Sequence record: DRR378314_468
Strand: one strand, 5' to 3'
Length of the DNA stretch: 64,000 nucleotides
The notes beneath the pieces were generated by a model. That model saw only the letters and a list, made by a program, of their open reading frames with translations. It had not been told where the DNA came from and made no database searches. Of this stretch, positions 20,511-30,003 are shown one piece after another; the stretch's first letter is position 1, and the number at the start of each line of letters is the position of its first letter. The translations under genes were made by a program, and so were the position numbers.

Positions 20511-22196
20511 ATGTCAGAAGAAGCTAGATCGCTCAATTTTATAGAACACATTGTTGAGGAGGACCTTACAAAAGGTTACACAAGGAATGACTTAAGATTC
20601 CGTTTTCCTCCGGAGCCAAATGGGTATTTGCACATAGGCCACGCAAGCTCCATTTGCCTCAATTTTGGCTTGGGGCTGCGTTACAATGCTCCGGTTAATC
20701 TACGTTTTGATGATACCAACCCTGCAAAGGAAGAGAAAGAGTATGTGGAGGCCATTAAAAATGATGTGTCCTGGCTTGGTTTTGAATGGGATACGGAGTG
20801 TTATGCTTCGGATTACTTTCAACAACTTTATGACTGGGCAGTGAAATTGATTCAGGAGGGCAAAGCCTATGTGGACAGCCAATCTTCTGAAGATATTGCG
20901 AGTCAAAAGGGAACTCCTACCGAACCGGGAAAGGAAAGTCCGTTTAGAAATCGCTCCGTTGAAGAGAATTTAAAGCTCTTCAAGGGGATGAAGGACGGTG
21001 AATTCAAGGATGGCGAACACGTGTTGCGCGCCAAAATTGATATGGCCTCCTCCAATATGTTGATGCGGGACCCAGTGATGTACCGTGTTTTGCACAAAGC
21101 GCACCATCGCACCAATACCGATTGGTGTATTTATCCAATGTACGACTGGACCCATGGCGAAAGTGATTATATAGAACAGGTATCCCACTCCTTGTGTACC
21201 TTGGAGTTTTTACCGCACAGAGAACTTTATGACTGGTTTTTAGACCAAGTGGTATCTTCCGATAAATTACGACCAAAACAACGAGAATTTGCTCGCAGGA
21301 ACCTGAGTCATACGGTTGTGAGCAAGCGTAAATTGCTTCAATTAGTGGAAAAAGGCATTGTAACAGGATGGGACGACCCTCGAATGCCGACAATTTCAGG
21401 ACTTCGAAGAAGAGGTTTTACACCCGAGTCCATAAGAAATTTTGCGGACACTATTGGGATTGCCAAACGCGAAAATGTTGTGGATGTATCCTTACTCGAT
21501 TTTCACGTCAGGGAACATTTGAACAAAATTTCGCCTCGTGTTATGGGAGTTCTTAATCCATTAAAGTTGGTTATTACGAATTATGAAGAAGGACAAGAGG
21601 AATGGTTGGAAGCGGAAAATAATCCAGAGGATGAATCTGCAGGAAGCAGAAAGGTGCCATTTTCTCGCGAGCTTTATATAGAGCAAGAAGACTTTAGGGA
21701 AGAGGCCAATCGGAAGTTTTTCAGATTAAAGCTAGGGGGCGAAGTCCGTTTGAAGAACGGGTATATCATAAAAGCTGAAAGCTGTACCAAAGATGATGAG
21801 GGAAAAATCACAGAAGTGCAATGTGTCTATGACCCTAAAAGTAAAAGTGGTTCCGGTACCGAGGAAAGCTTGCGCAAAGTGAAGGGAACATTGCATTGGG
21901 TTTCCATACCTCATGCCATTACCGCAGAGGTTAGGTTGTACGACCGTTTATTCACCGATGCTACACCAGATAGCCATAAGGATAAAGATTTTTTGGAGTT
22001 TATAAATCCTGATTCGCTTCAAAAGGTTACTGGATATTTGGAACCGAGCTTGAAGGATGCTGAAGTTGGACATAGAGTTCAGTTTCAACGGTTGGGTTAC
22101 TTTAATGTGGATAAAGATTCAACTCCAGGAAATTTGGTGTTCAACCGAACGGTTACCTTAAGGGATACTTGGGCCAAATTGGAACAAAAAGAGTAG
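20511..22196 (+). CDS. glnS: Glutamine--tRNA ligase
   Basis: RFPPEPNGYLHIGH (HIGH motif), VSKRKL, GWDDPRMPTISGLRRRG, QFQRLGYF. Confidence 0.97.
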   Translation: MSEEARSLNFIEHIVEEDLTKGYTRNDLRFRFPPEPNGYLHIGHASSICLNFGLGLRYNAPVNLRFDDTNPAKEEKEYVEAIKNDVSWLGFEWDTECYASDYFQQLYDWAVKLIQEGKAYVDSQSSEDIASQKGTPTEPGKESPFRNRSVEENLKLFKGMKDGEFKDGEHVLRAKIDMASSNMLMRDPVMYRVLHKAHHRTNTDWCIYPMYDWTHGESDYIEQVSHSLCTLEFLPHRELYDWFLDQVVSSDKLRPKQREFARRNLSHTVVSKRKLLQLVEKGIVTGWDDPRMPTISGLRRRGFTPESIRNFADTIGIAKRENVVDVSLLDFHVREHLNKISPRVMGVLNPLKLVITNYEEGQEEWLEAENNPEDESAGSRKVPFSRELYIEQEDFREEANRKFFRLKLGGEVRLKNGYIIKAESCTKDDEGKITEVQCVYDPKSKSGSGTEESLRKVKGTLHWVSIPHAITAEVRLYDRLFTDATPDSHKDKDFLEFINPDSLQKVTGYLEPSLKDAEVGHRVQFQRLGYFNVDKDSTPGNLVFNRTVTLRDTWAKLEQKE

Positions 22197-22513
22197 CATA
22201 ACATTTCTTTATTTTATCGGCTGAGTTTATTGGGAATTCTTATTAGAAAGGAGTCTCCAGGATTTCTTTTGCGGTGGTTTTTCAATTTCCAGTGCCGAAT
22301 CTGTGCCAAGCGGTAAAACCTCTCGTTAAAGGGGCTTATTTGCAATTTTTAATCAAATTTTAGCTAAAGCGTCAAGGTTTAGAGCGATTGAATCGATCAT
22401 TGGACGGACCCCTTTTTATATTTGAGTAAATCGATTGGGAAGGTAGAACGAACTAATCCAAAGATTATTGCCAATTGATTTTTCACTGAAGTTTAATTAA
22501 AATCAAAAACATT

Positions 22514-22843
22514 ATGTCAAATAACACTGGAAACGTATTAACCGCATTATTGACCGGAGCAGTAGTAGGAGCTGGAATAGGAATCTTGTATGCACCGGAT
22601 AAAGGAAAAAAGACAAGGAAGAAAATCAAAAAAAGTGCTGTTAAGGCTAAAGATGATATTTCCACGAGCTTAAGCAATGCCAAGGAAGAATTCAGTAGAA
22701 CGGCCGATGCCAAAAAAGAGGAGTTTGAAGAAAAATTGGAAGATACGCTATCCAATATGAGCTACAAGGCCGATGATATATTGGTAGCCTTGGAGAAGAA
22801 ACTGGAAGACCTTAGAGAAAAGAACGCCCAACTACAGAAATAA
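22514..22843 (+). CDS. YtxH domain protein
   Basis: GAVVGAGIGILYAPDKGKKTR signature followed by a charged helical tail; TATATTTG box at 22417-22424. Confidence 0.85.
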   Translation: MSNNTGNVLTALLTGAVVGAGIGILYAPDKGKKTRKKIKKSAVKAKDDISTSLSNAKEEFSRTADAKKEEFEEKLEDTLSNMSYKADDILVALEKKLEDLREKNAQLQK

Positions 22844-22846
22844 TAT

Positions 22847-23197
22847 ATGGCATTCGAAGACATAAAAGAGCAGATAGACCATGTGGAAGAAGGGGTAAGG
22901 TCCTATGTAAAGAACAGCTTGGACTTTTATAGACTTCAGAGTTTTAGGTCTATGATGATGGGCATAACAATGGCCACCAAAGTCCTGCTTATCGGGGGAG
23001 TGGGATTCATTGCCCTACTGTTTCTTTCATTGAGTGCAGCTTTTTGGCTCGGGACAATGCTTGGCAACACCGCCCAAGGCTTTTTACTTGTCGGTGGATT
23101 CTATATACTGGCTGGCATAATAATTTTTCTCTTAAGAAGTAAAATCGAAAAGCCGTTATTGAAAAAGTTTTCTAAATTTTATTTTGATGAACTATGA
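22847..23197 (+). CDS. Two-TM membrane protein, holin-like (YqjE/Phage_holin_3_6-like)
   Basis: Amphipathic N-terminus plus two hydrophobic helices (…GFLLVGGFY…); follows the YtxH gene. Confidence 0.65.
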   Translation: MAFEDIKEQIDHVEEGVRSYVKNSLDFYRLQSFRSMMMGITMATKVLLIGGVGFIALLFLSLSAAFWLGTMLGNTAQGFLLVGGFYILAGIIIFLLRSKIEKPLLKKFSKFYFDEL

Positions 23198-23409
23198 TAC
23201 AAAGACAATATACATCATTCGAGGATATTGATCGTGACCTCAGGGTTTTGAAATTACAACGGCAGATTGAAGAGGAAAAAGTGAAGTTGGCGATTCAGAA
23301 TACAAAAAAGGAATTGTATCTCACAAACATTCTTGGTGGATTGGCACCTTTGCTTCAAAAAATAGCGATTTCCTTGATAGCGAAAAAACTACTAAAGAAA
23401 TTAGATTAG
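23194..23409 (+). CDS. Small conserved protein (DUF6327-like)
   Basis: [20 protein letters not shown] motif; ATGA overlap with the upstream gene. Confidence 0.65.
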   Translation: MIQRQYTSFEDIDRDLRVLKLQRQIEEEKVKLAIQNTKKELYLTNILGGLAPLLQKIAISLIAKKLLKKLD

Positions 23410-23429
23410 GTTAAAACCAACATAAGAAT

Positions 23430-23458
23430 AAAAAGGCTCCTGCGAAGGAGCCTTTTTT
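23430..23458. terminator. Bidirectional intrinsic terminator
   Basis: AAAAAGGCTCCT-GCGA-AGGAGCCTTTTTT between convergent genes. Confidence 0.88.
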
Positions 23459-23473
23459 CTCTTAAATAGTAGT

Positions 23474-24409
23474 CTAAGAGTCAGCAGAACCTTTTTCGTT
23501 CTGTTTGCGTTTCATGGCCTCACCAATTTGGTTGCTGGCCGTAAAGGAGGCTACCATATTGTTCAGCATATCGCTACCGGCTTGGGGAGAGTTCGGCAAC
23601 AAAATCAGATTTGTATCGGTTGCTTCGCCAATGGCCTGTAGAGTATCATAGTGTTGGGTAACAACGATCAATGCAGATGCTTCTTGGGAATTGATGCCCA
23701 CTTTGTTCAATACCTCAACGGATTCTTCGAGGCCTCGGGCAATTTCTCTACGCTGATCGGCAATACCTTGTCCTTGCAATCTTTTGCTCTCAGCTTCAGC
23801 CTTGGCTTTTTCAACTATCAAAATACGTTGTGCATCACCTTCAAACTGGGCTGCTATTTTTTCACGCTCCGATGCGTTGATTCGGTTCATCGCCGACTTC
23901 ACCTGTGCATCCGGGTCGATATCCGTCACCAGGGTTTTTATAATGTCAAAACCATAATCCAACATCGCATCTTGCAATTCTGATTTAACAGCGATGGCGA
24001 TGTCATCTTTTTTGACGAAGACGTCATCCAACTTCATTTTAGGAACTTCGGCACGAACTACATCAAACACATAAGAGGTAATTTGATCGTGTGGATATTC
24101 CAATTGATAGAATGCTTCGTATACTTTTTCCTTGATGACAACGTATTGCACAGACACTTTGAGCTTCACGAATACATCGTCTAAAGTTTTGGTCTCAACA
24201 ATTACATCCAATTGCTGTATTTTAAGGCTCAACCTGCCCGCGATACGGTCCACAATCGGTATTTTCATTTGAAGACCGGAACTTCGGATACTGTGAAATT
24301 TTCCAAAACGTTCCACAGCAACAGCCGTTTGTTGCTTAACAATAAAGAAAAATTTGAATAGAATGATCAGCGCTACAAACGCAATAGGTATAAAAAGATA
24401 GTTGCCCAT
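23474..24409 (-). CDS. SPFH/band 7 domain protein
   Basis: N-terminal TM, ERFGKF...GL, ETKT.D.VFV, AEAESKRLQGQGIA. Confidence 0.92.
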   Translation of the reverse strand: MGNYLFIPIAFVALIILFKFFFIVKQQTAVAVERFGKFHSIRSSGLQMKIPIVDRIAGRLSLKIQQLDVIVETKTLDDVFVKLKVSVQYVVIKEKVYEAFYQLEYPHDQITSYVFDVVRAEVPKMKLDDVFVKKDDIAIAVKSELQDAMLDYGFDIIKTLVTDIDPDAQVKSAMNRINASEREKIAAQFEGDAQRILIVEKAKAEAESKRLQGQGIADQRREIARGLEESVEVLNKVGINSQEASALIVVTQHYDTLQAIGEATDTNLILLPNSPQAGSDMLNNMVASFTASNQIGEAMKRKQNEKGSADS

Positions 24410-24501
24410 AGTGTTTAGATTTTATGTTAGAAATGGAAATTACAAAACTTGGCCATAGTATTAGTAGCCATTCGTCAAATAATGTTACACATCTGTCAAT
24501 T

Positions 24502-25998
24502 CTAAAGCAGGGCGATCGCTGTTTTAATGCGGTTAATACTTTCCTTTTTACCAATTAACTCCATAATATCAAAAAGGTGAGGCCCTTTCATATCGCCAAC
24601 AATAACCAAACGTAGTGGTGGCATAACTTTCCCGAAAGAAAGTTCGCTTTCGGAAATCCAGGCTTTCACTTTTTCCTCTATTGTTGCTGATTCGAATTCC
24701 TTGATATGATCTAAGACCGTGGAGACACCTTGCATAATTTCAGGGGTATCTTCTTTCCATTGTTTTTTGGCAGCTTTTTCGTTGTAAGACGTGGGGGCTT
24801 GGAAAAAGTAGTCGGATAGACCCCAGAAATCTTTGACAAACACAGCACGTTCCTTAATGGCCGACACTACTTTTTTAATATATGCTGGTTCTGCTGAAAT
24901 TCCTTTTTGAGTAAGTACTTTAGTGAACATTTCTGCAAGTTCTTCATCACTTTTTAGCTGTAACCACTGCTGATTATACCAGTTGTTTTTTTCTGGGTCA
25001 AAGCGTGCTCCGGACCTGTTAACACGTTCCAAGGTAAAGGCATCCACTAATTCATTCAGACTGAAAATCTCCTGCTCCGTTCCGGGGTTCCATCCCAACA
25101 ACGCCAAGAAGTTAACGACGGCTTCCGGGAAAAAACCTGCTTCGCGATACCCTTCGGATTGGTGCCACGTGAGCGGAAATATAGGAAAACCTCCTTTTTC
25201 ACCATCACGTTTGCTCAATTTTCCTTTACCAACGGGCTTCATGATCAGGGGTAAATGGGCAAATTCGGGAGCATCCCATCCAAAGGCATCATATAGTAGG
25301 GTGTGTAAAGCTAAGGACGGTAGCCATTCCTCGCCACGGATAACATGGGTAATCTGCATTTGATGGTCATCCACAATATTGGCCAAATGATAGGTGGGCA
25401 TGCCGTCACTTTTAAACAAAACTTTGTCGTCAAGAATGTTAGTGTCTATTTTTATTTCTCCGCGGATGATGTCGTTCAGCATTAATTCTTCATTCTCGGG
25501 AGATTTGAATCGGATAACATAATCTTCACCTGCAGCTATTTTTTCTTTCACCTCTTCATTGGAGAGTGATAACGAGTTAGTCAACTTTAGGCGGTTATGC
25601 CAATTATAGATAAAAGTTTTTCCTTTGGCTTCGTGTTCTTTTCGATGTTGATCTAAAGTTTCAGCCGTGTCAAAAGCGTAATAGGCCTTGTCTTTTTCAA
25701 TTAGCTTTAGCGCATAGGATTTGTACAATTGTTTGCGCTCACTTTGTCGGTACGGTCCAAAATCACCCTCTTTGCCAGGACCTTCATCAAACGGAATTCC
25801 ACACCAGTTCAAGGCTTCAATGATATATTCTTCGGCACCTTCCACAAAACGGTTTTGATCGGTATCTTCAATTCGAAGTACAAAATCCCCGCCCTTTTTC
25901 TTGGCAAATAAATAATTGAACAAGGCGGTACGAAGGCCTCCAATATGTAAGGGCCCTGTGGGGCTGGGTGCAAATCGAACACGGACTTTTTGACTCAT
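24502..25998 (-). CDS. gltX: Glutamate--tRNA ligase
   Basis: RFAPSPTGPLHIGG, KLSKR, LRIEDTDQ; TATCTTTG box at 26019-26026. Confidence 0.97.
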   Translation of the reverse strand: MSQKVRVRFAPSPTGPLHIGGLRTALFNYLFAKKKGGDFVLRIEDTDQNRFVEGAEEYIIEALNWCGIPFDEGPGKEGDFGPYRQSERKQLYKSYALKLIEKDKAYYAFDTAETLDQHRKEHEAKGKTFIYNWHNRLKLTNSLSLSNEEVKEKIAAGEDYVIRFKSPENEELMLNDIIRGEIKIDTNILDDKVLFKSDGMPTYHLANIVDDHQMQITHVIRGEEWLPSLALHTLLYDAFGWDAPEFAHLPLIMKPVGKGKLSKRDGEKGGFPIFPLTWHQSEGYREAGFFPEAVVNFLALLGWNPGTEQEIFSLNELVDAFTLERVNRSGARFDPEKNNWYNQQWLQLKSDEELAEMFTKVLTQKGISAEPAYIKKVVSAIKERAVFVKDFWGLSDYFFQAPTSYNEKAAKKQWKEDTPEIMQGVSTVLDHIKEFESATIEEKVKAWISESELSFGKVMPPLRLVIVGDMKGPHLFDIMELIGKKESINRIKTAIALL

Positions 25999-26163
25999 AA
26001 TAGGGTTTGATTATGTCGCAAAGATACATTGCCGCCAATGAACAGGAAAGCATTTATAAGTTGTCTTTTGTTTGGACTGGAAAGGTTGATAGATCAAGGT
26101 TTAACAAAATTTTTCTATTGATTTCCTACGGATCAGGTAATTTGGTAATAATTATACTCCATT

Positions 26164-29100
26164 TTGAACGCATATAACAACATATTAGCAAAGCTAGAGC
26201 AGTTTATCAAACGGTTTTACACGAAACAATTGATAAAGGGAATCTTTCTGTTTTTGACTTTGGGTACGTTGTTTTGGATGGCTGTTACGTATTTTGAATA
26301 TGTGTTGTGGTTAAATGAGTCGTGGAGGCTTAACCTTTTTATCCTGTTTCTTGTGGTGGAACTTTATCTTTTGTATCGGTTCATCTTTGTTCCTCTACTG
26401 TACCTTTTTAAGATTCGGGCTGGCATCGACAATAGAGCAGCTTCACAATTAATTGGGAAACATTTCCCCAATGTTGATGACAAACTCCTCAATTTATTGG
26501 AGTTGTCCGAGGACCAAGAAAAGTCAGATTTGTTGATGGCCAGTATAGAGCAACGTGCTTCTAATTTAGGGCCCGTTCCTTTTGCCGAGGCCATCAATTT
26601 TAAGGACAGTTATAGGTATGCAAAGTATATTTTGATTCCTGTGGTCTTGTTTGCCTTTATTTGGATTACTGGAGATATCGTTTCTTTCTTCAATTCGCAC
26701 CAAAGAGTGATGCATTACGATATGGCCTACGAACGGCCAGCTCCGTTTTCTTTCCAAGTGATGAATGCCAGTTTGGAGGTAATGGACAATGAACCATTGA
26801 CGATTCAGGTTAAAACCGTTGGAGAGCTGCGGCCCGACAATGTACAAATGATGGTTAACGGAGAGGCACTGCTAATGAAGCAAAGAGGAGAGTTTTTCGA
26901 GTATACTTTTGAAGCGCCTGTTTCAGAAACCAGTTTCTATTTAACTGCTAATGGTTGGGATTCGAGAATCTATTCCGTTAATAGTTACCGAACACCAACT
27001 GTGGTTGATTTTGCCTTGGAACTGGATTATCCTAAGTACCTTAATTTGATTCCAGAGGTGATTACCGGAACTGGAAATGCTGAGGTTCCAGAGGGGACAA
27101 AAGTGACTTGGAAAATACAAGGAGATTATGTTGATGAGATTAAAATGATTGCTGCTGATTCGACACTTTTTTTTAATAAAGAAGACAACTTGTTTAGTAA
27201 TTCCAAACGTCTGTTCAATGACTTCGATTATGAACTTAGCACATCAAACGAGCGGGTTCGGGATTTTGAAAAATTGGCATATCGATTGAATGTTATTAAG
27301 GATGCGAAGGCAACCGTTCAGGTAGATCAGGTACTCGATTCATTAAATCCCAATCAGTTATATTTTACGGGCCAAGCGGCAGATGACCATGGTTTGAAAG
27401 AAATACGTTTGGTTAGTTATCCTACGGATGATGTGAACAACGTTCAAAGAATTTCACTGGAGGCACCAAACACGAATGTGTATCAGTTTTATTATACGTT
27501 TCCATCGGGATTAAACCTTCAGCCGGGCAAAAAGTATAAACTTTATTTCGAAGTTGTTGATAATGACGGTATTAGAGGGGGTAAAGTTACCAAAAGTGCG
27601 GTTTTCAATGCATCCTTGTATGATGATAATGAATTGAATAACAAGGAATTAGAGTTTCAAAACTCCACTTTAAACAAAATGGGGGAATCCCTGAAGAATT
27701 TTAAACGCCAAGAAGAAACACTGTCCAAAATAAATAATATTCAGAAGGAAGAGAAGTCGCTTAGTTTTGAAGAAAAGAGTCAGATTAAAAATTTTTTGAA
27801 AAAGCAGAACATGCAAGAAGAGCAGATGCAGAAATTTAGTAAGGACTTGAATAAAAGCATAGATAAAAATGCTCAAGACTCAGAGATGAAGAAGATGCTC
27901 CAAGAACGTTTGGAACGACAGGAGGCCGAGGCAAAAAAGAATGCGAAGTTGTTGGAAGAACTAAACGAGATTGCAGAAAAAATTGATAAAGAAGATTTAC
28001 AAAAACGACTTGAGGAACTTGGAAAAAACCAAGGGAAGAACACACGGAACCTTGAACAGATTTTAGAGTTAACGAAACGTTATTATGTTACCGAAAAAGC
28101 GTCGCAAATATCCAAGGAGTTGGATGAACTTGCAGAAAGACAAGAAATATTATCTGACTTAAAATTAGGTCAAGACTTTAGCGATAAGGAGCAGGAAAAA
28201 TTGAACGAGGAATTTAAGGAGTTGGAAAAGGAAATTCAGGAATTAGAAAAGGACAATGAAGAGCTCCAAAAACCTTTAGACTTGGATACCGATAAAAAGA
28301 AAACTGACAGTGTAAAGGAAGACCAAAAAGACGCTTTGGATGAAATCAATAAACATCAGGGCATGGAGGAATCTTCACAATCTAAAGAGAAGCTAGAGGC
28401 TGGAAGCAATGCTTCCAAGAAACAAAAATCTGCCGCCCAGAAAATGCGAGAGATGAGCCAATCTATGAAATCCAGTTCAATGGGTGGGGGTGAAACGGAC
28501 GCGGAAGATGCCGAGATGTTACGTCAGATTCTGGATAATCTGGTTACTTTTTCATTTAAGCAAGAGAATCTTTTTGATAACCTTCAAAGTGCTGATGTAG
28601 ACATCTCCCAGTTTTCACGAACCGTTAAAAATCAACAAAACCTGAGAAGGTTATTCGAGCACGTTGATGATAGTTTGTTTTCACTGTCATTGCGTAGGGT
28701 TGAACTTTCAGAATTAGTTAATGAACAGATTACGGAGGTCTATTACAATATCGATAAATCTTTGGAAAGTATTGCCGAGAATCAAATTTATCAAGGGGCT
28801 TCGTACCAACAATATGTTATCAATGCCACTAACGCTTTGGCAGATTTCCTGGCTAATATTCTGGATAATATGCAGCAGAATATGAGCCCGGGTCAAGGAC
28901 AAGGCAAGGGACAGGACTTTCAATTGCCCGATATCATTAAAGGACAGCAGGGCATTCAAGAGAAGATGAATGGTTCCGGTAAAAAGGGTAAACCGTCTCA
29001 GGGTGAAGGCGAAGAACAAGGCGAGAATGAGGGCGGTCAACAAGAAGGTGAAAAAGGAAGTGAGGGACAAGGGGAGAATGGTGAAAAGGGAAATGAAGGA

Positions 29101-29601
29101 AATGGACAAGGTGGCCATGAAGGTTCTCAAAGAGAAAATGGTTCACAGCCTGTTGGAAACGGATTAGGAGAGATGGACCTTGATGAGGTATATCAAATTT
29201 ATAAAGAGCAACAGTTCTTACGGGAGAATCTTGAAAAGCAACTAGAGGATATGATGCGTGAATCCGACAAAAATTTAGCACAGAAATTGATTCGTCAAAT
29301 GGAGGACTTTGAGAATGATTTGTTGGAGAATGGCATTACAGAGCGTACCCGGAATAAAGCAAATAACATTCAGCACCAACTGATGAAATTGGAAAATGCC
29401 TCAATGGAGCAAGGTGAGAAAAAGGAGCGCGAAAGCAAGACAAACCTAAATCAGTTTAGTAACCCTATTACCACCAAACCCGAACTGCTTCAAAATTACC
29501 AGAATAGCATTGAAATATTAAACAGACAAGCTTTACCTTTGCGGCAAAATTTCGAGGATAAAGTAAAGGTGTATTTCGATAATGATAGCGTTCCATTTTA
29601 A
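26164..29601 (+). CDS. DUF4175-like membrane protein with Ig-like region and long coiled coil
   Basis: Three N-terminal TM segments, a beta-rich middle (DDHGL, FEVVDNDG motifs), a long K/E/Q coiled coil and a G/E/Q-rich linker; TTG start. Confidence 0.75.
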   Translation: MNAYNNILAKLEQFIKRFYTKQLIKGIFLFLTLGTLFWMAVTYFEYVLWLNESWRLNLFILFLVVELYLLYRFIFVPLLYLFKIRAGIDNRAASQLIGKHFPNVDDKLLNLLELSEDQEKSDLLMASIEQRASNLGPVPFAEAINFKDSYRYAKYILIPVVLFAFIWITGDIVSFFNSHQRVMHYDMAYERPAPFSFQVMNASLEVMDNEPLTIQVKTVGELRPDNVQMMVNGEALLMKQRGEFFEYTFEAPVSETSFYLTANGWDSRIYSVNSYRTPTVVDFALELDYPKYLNLIPEVITGTGNAEVPEGTKVTWKIQGDYVDEIKMIAADSTLFFNKEDNLFSNSKRLFNDFDYELSTSNERVRDFEKLAYRLNVIKDAKATVQVDQVLDSLNPNQLYFTGQAADDHGLKEIRLVSYPTDDVNNVQRISLEAPNTNVYQFYYTFPSGLNLQPGKKYKLYFEVVDNDGIRGGKVTKSAVFNASLYDDNELNNKELEFQNSTLNKMGESLKNFKRQEETLSKINNIQKEEKSLSFEEKSQIKNFLKKQNMQEEQMQKFSKDLNKSIDKNAQDSEMKKMLQERLERQEAEAKKNAKLLEELNEIAEKIDKEDLQKRLEELGKNQGKNTRNLEQILELTKRYYVTEKASQISKELDELAERQEILSDLKLGQDFSDKEQEKLNEEFKELEKEIQELEKDNEELQKPLDLDTDKKKTDSVKEDQKDALDEINKHQGMEESSQSKEKLEAGSNASKKQKSAAQKMREMSQSMKSSSMGGGETDAEDAEMLRQILDNLVTFSFKQENLFDNLQSADVDISQFSRTVKNQQNLRRLFEHVDDSLFSLSLRRVELSELVNEQITEVYYNIDKSLESIAENQIYQGASYQQYVINATNALADFLANILDNMQQNMSPGQGQGKGQDFQLPDIIKGQQGIQEKMNGSGKKGKPSQGEGEEQGENEGGQQEGEKGSEGQGENGEKGNEGNGQGGHEGSQRENGSQPVGNGLGEMDLDEVYQIYKEQQFLRENLEKQLEDMMRESDKNLAQKLIRQMEDFENDLLENGITERTRNKANNIQHQLMKLENASMEQGEKKERESKTNLNQFSNPITTKPELLQNYQNSIEILNRQALPLRQNFEDKVKVYFDNDSVPF

Positions 29602-30001
29602 AAGTGAATTGGTAATCCAAAAGAAAACCGATTATGCCGATTGGATAAATAGAGTTGTTGATTCGGAGGGATTTTCGGTGGGACAAATTGATTACATTTT
29701 TTGTACCGATGATTACTTATTGAAACTTAATAAAGATTATTTAAACCACGACACTTTTACGGATATCATCACTTTTGATTATACAGAGGGCAAAATAATT
29801 TCTGGGGATATTTTTATATCTACAGATAGGGTTCAAGATAATGCCAAGAAGTTTGATGTTGAATTTTCAAATGAATTGAGAAGAGTGATGATTCATGGAA
29901 TTCTTCACTTGGCTGGATTCGGAGACAAGTCCAAAGAAGAGAAGGATATAATGAGGCTAAAGGAAGATGAAAAAATAAAAATGTTCCACGTGGAACCATA
30001 G
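29582..30001 (+). CDS. ybeY: rRNA maturation endoribonuclease YbeY
   Basis: TDIITF, GDIFIS and HGILHLAGF.D metal-binding motif. Confidence 0.94.
   Translation: MIAFHFKSELVIQKKTDYADWINRVVDSEGFSVGQIDYIFCTDDYLLKLNKDYLNHDTFTDIITFDYTEGKIISGDIFISTDRVQDNAKKFDVEFSNELRRVMIHGILHLAGFGDKSKEEKDIMRLKEDEKIKMFHVEP
29982..29997. promoter_or_regulatory. parS site (inside the ybeY 3' end)
   Basis: TGTTCCACGTGGAACC, 15/16 match to the parS palindrome. Confidence 0.82.
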
Positions 30002-30003
30002 AT

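Noticed and set aside
22106-22114. Perfect DnaA box TGTGGATAA
   Set aside because: Single copy inside the glnS coding sequence with no cluster or unwinding element.
22847-23197. Holin-like gene as evidence of a prophage
   Set aside because: No endolysin, structural or integrase genes; context is a chromosomal YtxH module.
28880-29170. G/E/Q-rich purine-rich stretch as a tandem repeat
   Set aside because: Low-complexity protein linker with no exact repeat unit.
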